NCBI GenBank assembly: GCA_052034235.1
Contig: JBPOIT010000005.1
Span: 49,698 to 113,697, forward strand
Source: Candidatus Levyibacteriota bacterium
GTDB lineage: Bacteria; Patescibacteriota; Microgenomatia; Levybacterales; UBA12049
Length of the DNA stretch: 64,000 nt
Direction: 5' to 3'
Position 1 is the first letter of the stretch; every line of letters starts with the position of its first letter. A program made the position numbers and the translations under genes. Below the pieces are notes generated by a model. The model ran no database searches, was not told the DNA's origin, and worked only from the letters and a program-made list of their open reading frames with translations. This document shows positions 16,501 through 24,445 of the stretch, piece after piece.

Positions 16501-17821
16501 TTGCATCAAGTGGTACATGAGACGGAGGAAGTTGTAATGCTCCTTCTGGAATCGCTGTTACTTTGATGCTTTTTGAATCCATTGCAGATGTAAGCATATC
16601 TTGAAGTGCTGATACACGCTCAGGGCTCTGGGCAGAGACTTCAACTTCCGTTGTCCACAAAGGTTTGTCTACTTCCGCTAATTTTTTAGCTATAGCTGTA
16701 AAATCTTCCTTTACAAGTTTATCCTTTTCAGCGCCTTGTTTTGCCTTATTAGCAAATAGTTGAGCTAGACCACCTGAGTCCTCTCTCTCTTTCTTACTCA
16801 ATGGACGTGCAACAACCGATATGCTAAAGGGCTCTGTCCCGCCGTGAGTCACCAGCCATTCAGCCCAATTTTTTTCAGTTTTGGCGCCTGGCAATACACT
16901 TGTTGCAGCGCTTAACATATCACTTATTCCCTGAAAAGATTGCAAGTGTTCTGGCAAGGCAGGTGCCTCCTTCTTAAGATCAACGCGTAATTTTCCAGTG
17001 AAACGATCTGTTCTATCTGCTTGATCTAACGATATATTTGATCCTTGAGATTTTTCAGGAAATGTATGAATAGGAGAAGTACTTGTATGGCCAAAATTAG
17101 TTTCTAGAAAATAATTTTTTTCTTCATCCAACCCAAACCTGTAAGTAACCGATCCAGGAGACTGATCTGTTCGTGTCTCTTGGAGAGTTCTTGCTCTTTC
17201 ATCCAACTCACTTACGACATGAGCCGGGTCAATTTGTTGACCTATTAAGAAACTAGTAATGCGCTTTACACCAGTATATGGTACGTCTGGATTTTCAATG
17301 GGAGGAGGAGATTCTAGAAGAATACCACCGTGTAATCCTAGCTCGAATCCGCCGTCAACAATTAGCTTTCTCGTTCGCTCTCCTCGCACCAATTCTTCCC
17401 AACGATGTAATATACCTACGTTCGGATCAGTAACAGTCGGCTCTTCTTCTCGAGACTGGTGATCACGATCACTAGTTTCATTTGAAACAGATCCCGTAAC
17501 ATTAACGGGTTCTTCCTGGGGGAGCGTTACAGGCGGATTAGGTTCCCTAGGAGGCTCTACATCTGAAGTTGAAGCATGAACTGTAATAATATGCCCGTCA
17601 GGTAAACGATTAACTGTAGTAGTAGTTCCATCGGTGGCAGTTGAAAATATTCGACTCGTTGGTCCACTTCGTCTAGAAGATTCTGTTTGGTTAGGCGGTC
17701 CTGTTTGGTCAGATGTTCCTGCAATTAATTGGTCAAATGAACTAACCGGTCTTGTAGGTGGACGAGCTGGAAGTCCCGTATTTTCTGGATTCCTTCTCCC
17801 TTTTAAAAATTCCCAACTCAT
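13514..17821 (-). CDS. Tagged giant (1435 aa) multidomain protein with a central P-loop NTPase domain (FtsK/HerA/VirB4-VirD4-like?)
   Basis: N-terminal MSWEFLKGRR tag and a P/T-rich linker. Walker A is VLGRPREGKSVF. A candidate Walker B, LVIAEEGQQ, lies ~250 aa downstream. No other domain was recognised. Confidence 0.5.
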   Translation of the reverse strand: MSWEFLKGRRNPENTGLPARPPTRPVSSFDQLIAGTSDQTGPPNQTESSRRSGPTSRIFSTATDGTTTTVNRLPDGHIITVHASTSDVEPPREPNPPVTLPQEEPVNVTGSVSNETSDRDHQSREEEPTVTDPNVGILHRWEELVRGERTRKLIVDGGFELGLHGGILLESPPPIENPDVPYTGVKRITSFLIGQQIDPAHVVSELDERARTLQETRTDQSPGSVTYRFGLDEEKNYFLETNFGHTSTSPIHTFPEKSQGSNISLDQADRTDRFTGKLRVDLKKEAPALPEHLQSFQGISDMLSAATSVLPGAKTEKNWAEWLVTHGGTEPFSISVVARPLSKKEREDSGGLAQLFANKAKQGAEKDKLVKEDFTAIAKKLAEVDKPLWTTEVEVSAQSPERVSALQDMLTSAMDSKSIKVTAIPEGALQLPPSHVPLDAIVSSGQLAELMRYPTTQVKGFDYDRPLTTNTVLPTFSDGTRMIRLGTAVNAALGINRGPDLGELPISTEQLLGVTVLGRPREGKSVFTQQLAERAVREGMQVIVLAPSGAEDWRLLGDRIRDTGKEVIYWNVVAGDADVSVGFGSLARPIDGYSEDKHYAALPDLLASTFEGDDGDKALFRSVLNGAIIGMKPGKLAEGVSLDKTFKGLKDKYKDTGLYPSNDEIYDYCKKFVKEGLKYDGEGGEYQSRILGWLERNLGEIFGADGFNSNHTVDPNTLTDDNLVINTNALSAAAQQLFVAVTTNYVAEKAYLEKDPLSAAPRPLTNLVIAEEGQQATSTNNSTSPSPVASILEEHVLQGGKFGYTVWYIGQEPRHAPRSMLSSARFRGTFSLGDETDISVMGDSLGIPEQSRNVLRHLPNGTMIGRVDKGDPFCIRVDDPANLPSRVDLVVSPEGRLYDLGPSGIAYTKKEYSEALKYLGGEDWWSRKLIGILNAAFDSKVNGVRFLGFKEVPGGGNSGDPYKFYNHKINDPETRRIIQTALEVGIDKIVEARSEEIWRLQKSSQDIKDSLYAAVWYHLSDPTGGRRIPNATEPTTYTEEISIPGRTPVVLEKTIDPWFDSKSMPQSSMYDTPKELVRQEVEAIASAPLERLVIGALDGLEAQTQEYGITLPNSTADEQRDKLIQEYESTDKESSKRKVLEALIMQIDTHIHEQRELVIKEAVRERFTDSDKWEKILGHPIPGLTAVEQQAFLEMWDLIVHKLSYRDPNMPVGNQIESLASITDETSGLGIQHDINVILASTTPEGASRLSRQLFDLPGIGTVVNDRDLFYPKVVMSRGAIFIPVERAVGIPIMHDMESVANRLAAKVLAPGVITPEHYYDTELNKEIIDATLATNTYTIPFLEGLREYLVKYFEDPTDPGSKMALTMLYGMYEEAITKYVTQEVNAQVREIVTSSIEEKRRAGTTTAVPDSTRSGRERLRDILLELAGDLDVDP

Positions 17822-17943
17822 ATTTTACAGTTTATCATTATGAATCTTATAGTTTAAATGTACGATTCTTCAGATAAAGGAGTATTATACTATAATTTGC
17901 TATATATAGATAGATATAATATAATGAGTCGTTATTTATTAAT

Positions 17944-19836
17944 ATGTCTATAGCAGAAACCGGTGGTTCCGGAAACCGTGTACATAGTGGAGGATTTGAT
18001 AGAGTATCAAGCAGAGTTGTTTCACGCAGAGAATGTCGTGTTGATTCAGGTCCTGCGACATCCACAGCTAGAATTTCTGAAAGAGCTCCTGTTGTTTCAG
18101 GTCCTACGACACCCGCAGCTAGAATTACTGAAAGCACTCCTGTTGTTTCAGGTCCTACGACACCCACAGCTAGAATTTCTGAAATTAGACACCAAACTTC
18201 TCGAGTTCAAACTCCAGGAGGTGAAGCTGTTTTAGCTCCGGCTAGTGAAGTTAAACCTGCTGCTATTACGGTTAAGGATACCCCCACTATTCCAGACAGT
18301 AAACCCAGAACGAGCGTATATGGTCCCTTTCGTGATGCTTATGACGAGCCCCCAGTTGATACTACAGTAGTTTCTTCCTCTGGTGGTAGCAATGCCAGGG
18401 AAGGAGAGCCTCCTGAAATAGTCGTGGAACAGACACGTGGAGAAAAAGCGAGAAGTGCTTTAGATACCGCTGTTGATGTAGCAACATCTCCCGGTATATT
18501 ATTACCAGCTACATTGGGCGTAGGAGCACTTGCGGTATCCCACCCTGAGCAAGTAGATCGTGTTGTTGGTGCACTAAGTCACCCTGATCCCAAAGTCGTA
18601 GTAGGAACTGTAGCGGCTACTACTGTTGTAGGAATAGGTGCAAGTGCATGGAATAGGTATCTTAAAGGTATACAAAGAAGTGATAAGCCAGCACCTAGCG
18701 ATACATTATATGGCGTAGCAGCAGCAGCACCGCTAGCACATCCACAAGTACTTGATGGACTATCAACTTTAGCTCATGATCCAAAATTTCTTGTAGGTGG
18801 AGCGGTAGTATTTGCTTTAGGAACAGTATTGCCAGTTAATCAAATGATGTCAGAATTTGGTAATTCAGCTATGGAAATAGTAAATAGAGACAAATCTCAA
18901 CCAACACCAAGACATGCAAGGCGTAAACCAGATAGCACAGAATTAATAGGTAGTTTACCAAGAAGTATAAAGGACGCAGTAGTTAACGTACCGGGCCTAG
19001 CAAAGAGAACAGCAGAAAGAGCACAGTTAAATGTAAAAGACGCTTTAGGTGGTGATCTAAGTGCAGTGTTTAATAGATTCCCTATTTCATCAGATGAAGT
19101 AGTAAAGCTAGAAGATAGATATAGAACTTTATACAGCCCATCTCGTTTAGGAATTAGTCAGTATTATACCTTAACCAATTTTGCCAAATTTGGTACTCTA
19201 GCTACAGTTACATCCGCCATCGAATCAGCAGGTATCACAGTTCCACCTGCTGTGGCCGGAGTAATTATTATTGGAAGTAGCAGAAAAGATTTTAAGACAG
19301 CAAAGAAGGAGGTTAAACAAACTCAAGATGATATGAGATTATGGAATTTTAATCGGGCTGCTGCAATAGGTGGAGCAAAAATGGGTGGATTTAAACTTCT
19401 ATTCGGAAGTGCTGGAATAGGAACTTCTTCATTAGCAATTAGTGAATCTTTTGATGTACCAAGAGGAACAACTTCTCTCACATTATGGACTGTAACAGGA
19501 GGTTTATTATGGGATGGCACTCGCTCATTACGTCGTGAACGTGTACGGGCACAAATTACGAATCGCTATGATAATAGAAAGGATAAATTATTAGCCAGAG
19601 GGAATGCAACTTTAAAAAGATATAACGATCTAACTAAACGATTAGATAGTGAAACAGATCCCTCAAAAGCAGCTAAATTACGCGGAGAAAAGGATGAAAC
19701 CTTTAATAGACTACTAGTATTAACAAAAGCCGGTTATGACGGAAAAGCTAAATTTCCTCATTTCGCTGCAGAAACCAAAGAGCATGGGACAATATATGTA
19801 CCTCAAGGCGAATGGCTTCATGGTAAAAGTTCATAA
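17944..19836 (+). CDS. Hypothetical protein with an N-terminal 17-aa tandem repeat and hydrophobic, probably membrane-associated, segments
   Basis: N-terminus MSIAETGGSGNR. Three repeats of SGPxTxxARIxExxPVV are present. Hydrophobic stretches include ILLPATLGVGALAV and VVVGTVAATTVVGIGASAW. Confidence 0.5.
   Translation: MSIAETGGSGNRVHSGGFDRVSSRVVSRRECRVDSGPATSTARISERAPVVSGPTTPAARITESTPVVSGPTTPTARISEIRHQTSRVQTPGGEAVLAPASEVKPAAITVKDTPTIPDSKPRTSVYGPFRDAYDEPPVDTTVVSSSGGSNAREGEPPEIVVEQTRGEKARSALDTAVDVATSPGILLPATLGVGALAVSHPEQVDRVVGALSHPDPKVVVGTVAATTVVGIGASAWNRYLKGIQRSDKPAPSDTLYGVAAAAPLAHPQVLDGLSTLAHDPKFLVGGAVVFALGTVLPVNQMMSEFGNSAMEIVNRDKSQPTPRHARRKPDSTELIGSLPRSIKDAVVNVPGLAKRTAERAQLNVKDALGGDLSAVFNRFPISSDEVVKLEDRYRTLYSPSRLGISQYYTLTNFAKFGTLATVTSAIESAGITVPPAVAGVIIIGSSRKDFKTAKKEVKQTQDDMRLWNFNRAAAIGGAKMGGFKLLFGSAGIGTSSLAISESFDVPRGTTSLTLWTVTGGLLWDGTRSLRRERVRAQITNRYDNRKDKLLARGNATLKRYNDLTKRLDSETDPSKAAKLRGEKDETFNRLLVLTKAGYDGKAKFPHFAAETKEHGTIYVPQGEWLHGKSS
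18046..18200 (+). repeat. In-frame 57-nt tandem repeat, ~2.7 copies
   Basis: tcaggtcctgcgacatccacagctagaatttctgaaagagctcctgttgtt is repeated with a few substitutions. Confidence 0.7.
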
Positions 19837-19874
19837 ATGCAGCCAAATTTACTTACACGTAATATATCTCTCAT

Positions 19875-20936
19875 CTACAATTGAGAATAATCACTAACAC
19901 TCATTACCGTATAAGCAGCACTTGATACCTTACCATTAAGAGTGATATCCATATGACTATCTTTGATACCAGTTACATAATCAGGATATGAAAGACCTGA
20001 AACTCTAGCTGCTACTGCTGCACCATAAGAATTCGATGCTATCTCTTGTACAATTCTAGCTGCTAGTTGCATTGCAGCATCTGGATTATTTGGTGCAATT
20101 GTTAATATTCTCAGTCTTGTGTGATCTGTGGGAACCATATCAACTGTATTATTAAATGCCTCAACAGCCAATCCATATACACTCCCATCAAGGTTCATTT
20201 TTCCTACTTTTCGCTTACCAACACCCAATTCAAAATAACTTTCACGTAGAGCAGGATTATCTGGCTTAATGACAGTAAACGCTTTAGCATCTGGATTCGC
20301 CGATCCTGAGATATCCACACCTACATCTTTAACATCTTTTACAATTTTAAATACGTGTCGTTGTACACGTTCTGCTGGAGTAATAGTAAAAGTCAAAGAA
20401 TCCGCCGCTGGTCCTTCTCCAAGCGGTAAAGAAACTTCAGGTTTATGTTTACTATACGTTTCAACTTTTTTATAAGCCGTATTTACATTTTGTGAATTAT
20501 ACGCAGTTCCTTCGGTTGAGACTCCGTTTTCTACTTGCAGAATCACAGCAACCGGTATTCCATCATTCCCAGGAGTGCTTAGAAGTGTTTGTTCCGGATT
20601 AAAACGTAAAGGTTTTTGTGCAGATGATTCTTGTGATTTTGCTTGAGAACCCGATGTAACAGCATGAGATTCTGGTGGATAAACTTGACCATCTGTCCCA
20701 GCACAACCACTTAATGCAAAAACTGCTGCACCAACAGCTGCCGCACCGGTTGTAACTACTCTTCCTGATCTTCTATGAGTTTCACCAAAATGTAATTTTG
20801 ATGTTATAACTGCCGGTTGTGGTTTAGGTTCATCCGTCACTTGACCTTGAGTACGTATCTGCGACCCAGAGATGCGTGATTCCGATAAAGATGTGGGTCG
20901 ATTTAATATGGATCTCCCAGTTTCTTGAAAAGCCAT
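19875..20936 (-). CDS. Putative lipoprotein or membrane-anchored protein
   Basis: N-terminus MAFQETGRS. A hydrophobic segment VVTTGAAAVGAAVFALSGC ends in a lipobox-like LSGC. Confidence 0.4.
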   Translation of the reverse strand: MAFQETGRSILNRPTSLSESRISGSQIRTQGQVTDEPKPQPAVITSKLHFGETHRRSGRVVTTGAAAVGAAVFALSGCAGTDGQVYPPESHAVTSGSQAKSQESSAQKPLRFNPEQTLLSTPGNDGIPVAVILQVENGVSTEGTAYNSQNVNTAYKKVETYSKHKPEVSLPLGEGPAADSLTFTITPAERVQRHVFKIVKDVKDVGVDISGSANPDAKAFTVIKPDNPALRESYFELGVGKRKVGKMNLDGSVYGLAVEAFNNTVDMVPTDHTRLRILTIAPNNPDAAMQLAARIVQEIASNSYGAAVAARVSGLSYPDYVTGIKDSHMDITLNGKVSSAAYTVMSVSDYSQL

Positions 20937-21528
20937 AGCAATATTTCTCTGTATTGATTTGTTCGATTACATTTACAATAGTACTTACTGTATTCGTGTG
21001 ATACGTTTTCTCCAGAATCAGTGTTTAGGGGAAGGTTGAGTCTTATTTTCAATCTTTGCTTTTGATGTACTTTTACTTCCCTCAACAATTTTAGGTTTTT
21101 TAGTTATCCTATCTTTTTATGTTGTACAATATCCTGTTTCTTATATACATAATATTATATCAAATTAGCCTATTATTTCAACAAGCGGAAGTTCTAAATC
21201 GAAATGCACCACTTACGGATAAATGTTGGTTTGGTCAATAAAACATGCAAATAACAGTAATGTCAAAATTGCTGTAACTGTAAGTGATCTGCCGCGAAGG
21301 AAGACCTAAATATAATTTTGAATAATAATTTACTCTTGTGAGACACCAGCACCACAGTTGGAACACCTGCTCACCCGACTTCTTGAATTATACCAAAAAA
21401 ATAATTAGCCTTGGATTTACCTCTTATAATGGTCAAGTTGAGATAATTGAGCCACTAGCATACTGTCCAAGCTCTTTTACTTCTGAGCTTTATGATGAAA
21501 TAACATTCTCTATAAAAGACACAACCAG

Positions 21529-22683
21529 TTATTTTTCTTCAAATAAATTAGCAATTTCCTGAAAATAATTTTTAGAATTTATTGTAGTAAATACATGAGG
21601 TAACGGGAAAATATTTTTATTGCCACCGCTTTTTTTCATTTTCATTTCTATACAAATATATTTTTTTTTATAGTCCTCCAAAACTAGATCAATTTCTTGT
21701 CCACCATATTCTCTATAAAAAAACATTGTCTGTTTTGCATTATTATTCTTTCTTTTCTTCTCAATCTCAGCGACGATAAAATTTTCAAATACTCCCCCTT
21801 TATCAGGACGGAGATCTAACTCTCTAAAGTCTTTGACTAAAATATTTCTTATACCGAGGTCATAAAAATATAGTTTTCTATTTTCAGATACTGCTTTTCT
21901 TTGATTTGTTTTAAAAGATGGGAGAGGAATAAGAATATAATTTTTGATAAAAATTTCAATGTAGTTAGAAACAGTTACGGCATTTGCTCCTAGACTATTT
22001 GCGAGTTCTCGCACAGATACTTCTGAACCAATTTGCAATGCAATTTTTGTTAAGATGTCTTTTGCTAATTTTTCATTCTTTAAATCATAAATGTTGATTA
22101 TATCTTTTAGAACATACGTATCTAAAATGTTTTGTAATAAATCCATTTTATCTGTCTCAGCAATCGTATTTTTTGAATATACTTCAGGAAACGAACCAAA
22201 TATCTGTAAAGAATTAAAGATTTTTTCATAAAAACTCTGTCTTTCATACTCTTCAATGTATGTATTCTCATTAATTTCATACAGAGAAAGTGGTAAGCAA
22301 TAACTTTCAGTAAACCTCCCTGCAAGCGTGTCAAAATTTGCTGATTTTTGTCTTAGTTCACTACTACCTGTCGCAATGACTTTTACATTAAACTCATCAT
22401 AAAGAATTTTCAGTGCAACAGTACTTTCTGGATAATTTTGCACTTCATCAATAAGTATTACTTTATGAGCTAAGGCAATTTTCTCAAGATTATCTCTGGT
22501 TGCAGTAAACGATGCTTGATCAGAAATTAAGTCAAAATTAAATACTGGAACTGACAGTTTTGAAGCTATATCTTTTAATATTGTTGTTTTCCCGGACCGT
22601 CTTGGTCCCCATATAAAAAATATTTTTTTACTGTCCCCTTTTAAATAATCTTGCACCTGATTTTCAATATATCTTTGTAACAT
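21529..22683 (-). CDS. AAA+ ATPase of the COG1373 family (AAA domain plus DUF4143)
   Basis: Walker A is GPRRSGKTT, Walker B is ILIDEVQ, and a C-terminal DUF4143-like region contains YFYDLGIRN. Confidence 0.6.
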   Translation of the reverse strand: MLQRYIENQVQDYLKGDSKKIFFIWGPRRSGKTTILKDIASKLSVPVFNFDLISDQASFTATRDNLEKIALAHKVILIDEVQNYPESTVALKILYDEFNVKVIATGSSELRQKSANFDTLAGRFTESYCLPLSLYEINENTYIEEYERQSFYEKIFNSLQIFGSFPEVYSKNTIAETDKMDLLQNILDTYVLKDIINIYDLKNEKLAKDILTKIALQIGSEVSVRELANSLGANAVTVSNYIEIFIKNYILIPLPSFKTNQRKAVSENRKLYFYDLGIRNILVKDFRELDLRPDKGGVFENFIVAEIEKKRKNNNAKQTMFFYREYGGQEIDLVLEDYKKKYICIEMKMKKSGGNKNIFPLPHVFTTINSKNYFQEIANLFEEK

Positions 22684-22821
22684 ATAGACATATTATAGTA
22701 CTAAAACGGATATTGTCAATGTGTATATTAGTACTAATCTGAATAGTGGATCAGTTGGGAAATTTGCGTATAAATAAGATTGGGCTTTGATTTATACTAT
22801 CTATGCATAAGAATTGAGGCT

Positions 22822-22868
22822 TGATTGTAGTTTCCTCCAATAGGATTTGAACCCATAATTAGCCCCAA
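22822..22868 (-). other. tRNA-like 3' fragment (T-arm plus acceptor 3' strand) with no matching 5' half; possible relic att/tRNA remnant
   Basis: The minus strand reads …ATGGGTTCAAATCCTATTGGAGGAA. This gives T-stem ATGGG/CCTAT, T-loop TTCAAAT and acceptor 3' strand TGGAGGA. No complementary TCCTCCA lies upstream. Confidence 0.3.
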
Positions 22869-22929
22869 AATCCCGAAATATTGTTAGAATTATATTATTT
22901 AGAACTTTATTAGTTTCAATATATATCTG

Positions 22930-23001
22930 TGAGCCCCGGGGGACTCGAACCCCCAACCAATACCTTAAGAGGGTACTGCTCTACCATTGAGCTAGAGGCC
23001 C
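22930..23001 (-). tRNA. tRNA-Lys (anticodon CUU)
   Basis: The reverse complement is GGGCCTCTAGCTCAATGGTAGAGCAGTACCCTCTTAAGGTATTGGTTGGGGGTTCGAGTCCCCCGGGGCTCA. It folds as a cloverleaf with anticodon loop CTCTTAA. Confidence 0.85.
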
Positions 23002-23117
23002 TGTTGGACAAAGCTTATTTTACCAAAAATGAAGCAAAACATCCAATCCGGGTTCTACTTGCAACACAACCTTAAAATAGATATGATCAAATAAGGAGAC
23101 TTCCGATGAAGTGAGCC

Positions 23118-24431
23118 ATGAAAAATCATAGAAAAAATATTCAAAAATTGAACTCATCAAGAATGTTACTCATCCCACTTTTCTTGCTGCTTATCGTCGG
23201 AACGATTACCTCAGTCTATCAAAGTTCACAAAAACAAAACCTAAAATCTGAAGCTGCAGCCATAGATTGTACGGTACCTTCGACACGACTGACAATGTCA
23301 ATTAGTGAACAATCAATGCTCGATAAAATAAATCAGTATCGCCAGCAAAATAATTTACCAGTACTTGTTGATTCACTGCCATTGAAACAAGCTGCTGCAT
23401 GGATGAGTAATGATATGCTGACAGAAGGCTTATTAAGTCATGTTGATAGTCTTGGCAGAGATACAGCTGCAAGATTAAGCAACTGCGGTCTTCCGTTCCC
23501 CTCAATCATTGCTGAGATTATAGATAGTGGCAATGCTGACCCTGCAATCATGATTGAAGCATGGAAACATTCCTCCGCACACTCAAATCGGATACTTAAT
23601 AAAAATTTCACACACATCGGTGTTTCTCTTGCGTCAAATACCACATCTGGACAATCTTATTGGTCAGTAACTTTTTCTGGTCCGGATCAAACAATCACTC
23701 TAGCGCCGTCGATACTTTTAACGCCCTCAGTTTATCCTTCATCAAGCATTACGCCTTCAACTGGTACCCCAACACGTACGCCTACCCCTTCAAAAACACC
23801 GACACCGACAAAACCTGTGATCATCACACCTACACCAACAAACAAACCTATTCCTATCCCAACCAAAGGGCCTATTGCGACAGCAACACCAACCCCTTTC
23901 CCAACAATTGATCCGAAATACGTACAAAATCCTGACGATACACAGATTTATGTTTCAGTCAAAGTCCCGGGTATTGGACCTGATGGAGTGAGAAATCCAA
24001 AACATTTATCAAGACGCATTCAGGCGACATTTTACAATACAAAAAATACCGAAGTTAAAGTAGGAACAGCTGATTTAAGATTTAACGGTGATGTATTCCA
24101 AGGCAATATGCATATGGGTATTCTTGAAAACGGAATTTATTCTATTAAAATCAGTGGGATCAGAACGCTAAAAAATGTCGTCGAACCTCAATTTCAAAGG
24201 ATTAGTAATGAACGACTTAATGTTTTGCCTCAGGTAACCCTGAGACAGGGAGATGTCTCTGAAGATAATGCGCTCACTCTGGATGATTATAATTTAGTCC
24301 TCGCATGCTTTCAGGATAAAATATGCAAACGCGACGCACAAGATTTTATAGATTTTAATGATAGTGGTGCAGCTGATGTAGTTGACTACAATTTATTGCT
24401 GCAATCGTTCTATAAACTCACCGGAGATTAA
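23118..24431 (+). CDS. Secreted CAP/SCP (YkwD-like) domain protein with a Thr/Pro-rich linker and C-terminal dockerin-like Ca-binding repeats
   Basis: Signal/TM segment LLIPLFLLLIVGTITSV. SSAHSNRILNKNFTHIGVS matches the YkwD SPGHRANILNxxFTHIGVG motif. A TPTPT-rich linker follows. The C-terminus has DFNDSGAADVVDYNLLLQSF. Confidence 0.55.
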   Translation: MKNHRKNIQKLNSSRMLLIPLFLLLIVGTITSVYQSSQKQNLKSEAAAIDCTVPSTRLTMSISEQSMLDKINQYRQQNNLPVLVDSLPLKQAAAWMSNDMLTEGLLSHVDSLGRDTAARLSNCGLPFPSIIAEIIDSGNADPAIMIEAWKHSSAHSNRILNKNFTHIGVSLASNTTSGQSYWSVTFSGPDQTITLAPSILLTPSVYPSSSITPSTGTPTRTPTPSKTPTPTKPVIITPTPTNKPIPIPTKGPIATATPTPFPTIDPKYVQNPDDTQIYVSVKVPGIGPDGVRNPKHLSRRIQATFYNTKNTEVKVGTADLRFNGDVFQGNMHMGILENGIYSIKISGIRTLKNVVEPQFQRISNERLNVLPQVTLRQGDVSEDNALTLDDYNLVLACFQDKICKRDAQDFIDFNDSGAADVVDYNLLLQSFYKLTGD

Positions 24432-24445
24432 ACGGAGAACTGCCC

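Noticed and set aside
986-17821. N-terminal tag as a eukaryotic-type N-myristoylation signal, prepilin leader or T4 capsid-targeting sequence
   Set aside because: Gly2 is not universal (A, S, T, R also occur). Position 6 is not Ser/Thr. There is no hydrophobic stretch after the Glu as in prepilins. The T4-type L/I-x-E cleavage context does not fit. The tag is therefore treated as unclassified.
18046-18200. Possible CRISPR array
   Set aside because: The repeats are directly tandem with no spacers, in-frame within a CDS, and 57 nt long. No cas genes are in the window.
17847-18235. The ORFs 17847..18167 (-) and 17963..18235 (+)
   Set aside because: Both are alternative frames across the 57-nt tandem repeat of the 17944..19836 gene. 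Their repetitive translation reflects the DNA repeat, not separate genes.
22822-22868. A complete fourth tRNA gene
   Set aside because: Only the T-arm and acceptor 3' strand can be folded. No complementary 5' acceptor strand or anticodon stem is present, so it was reported as a fragment only.
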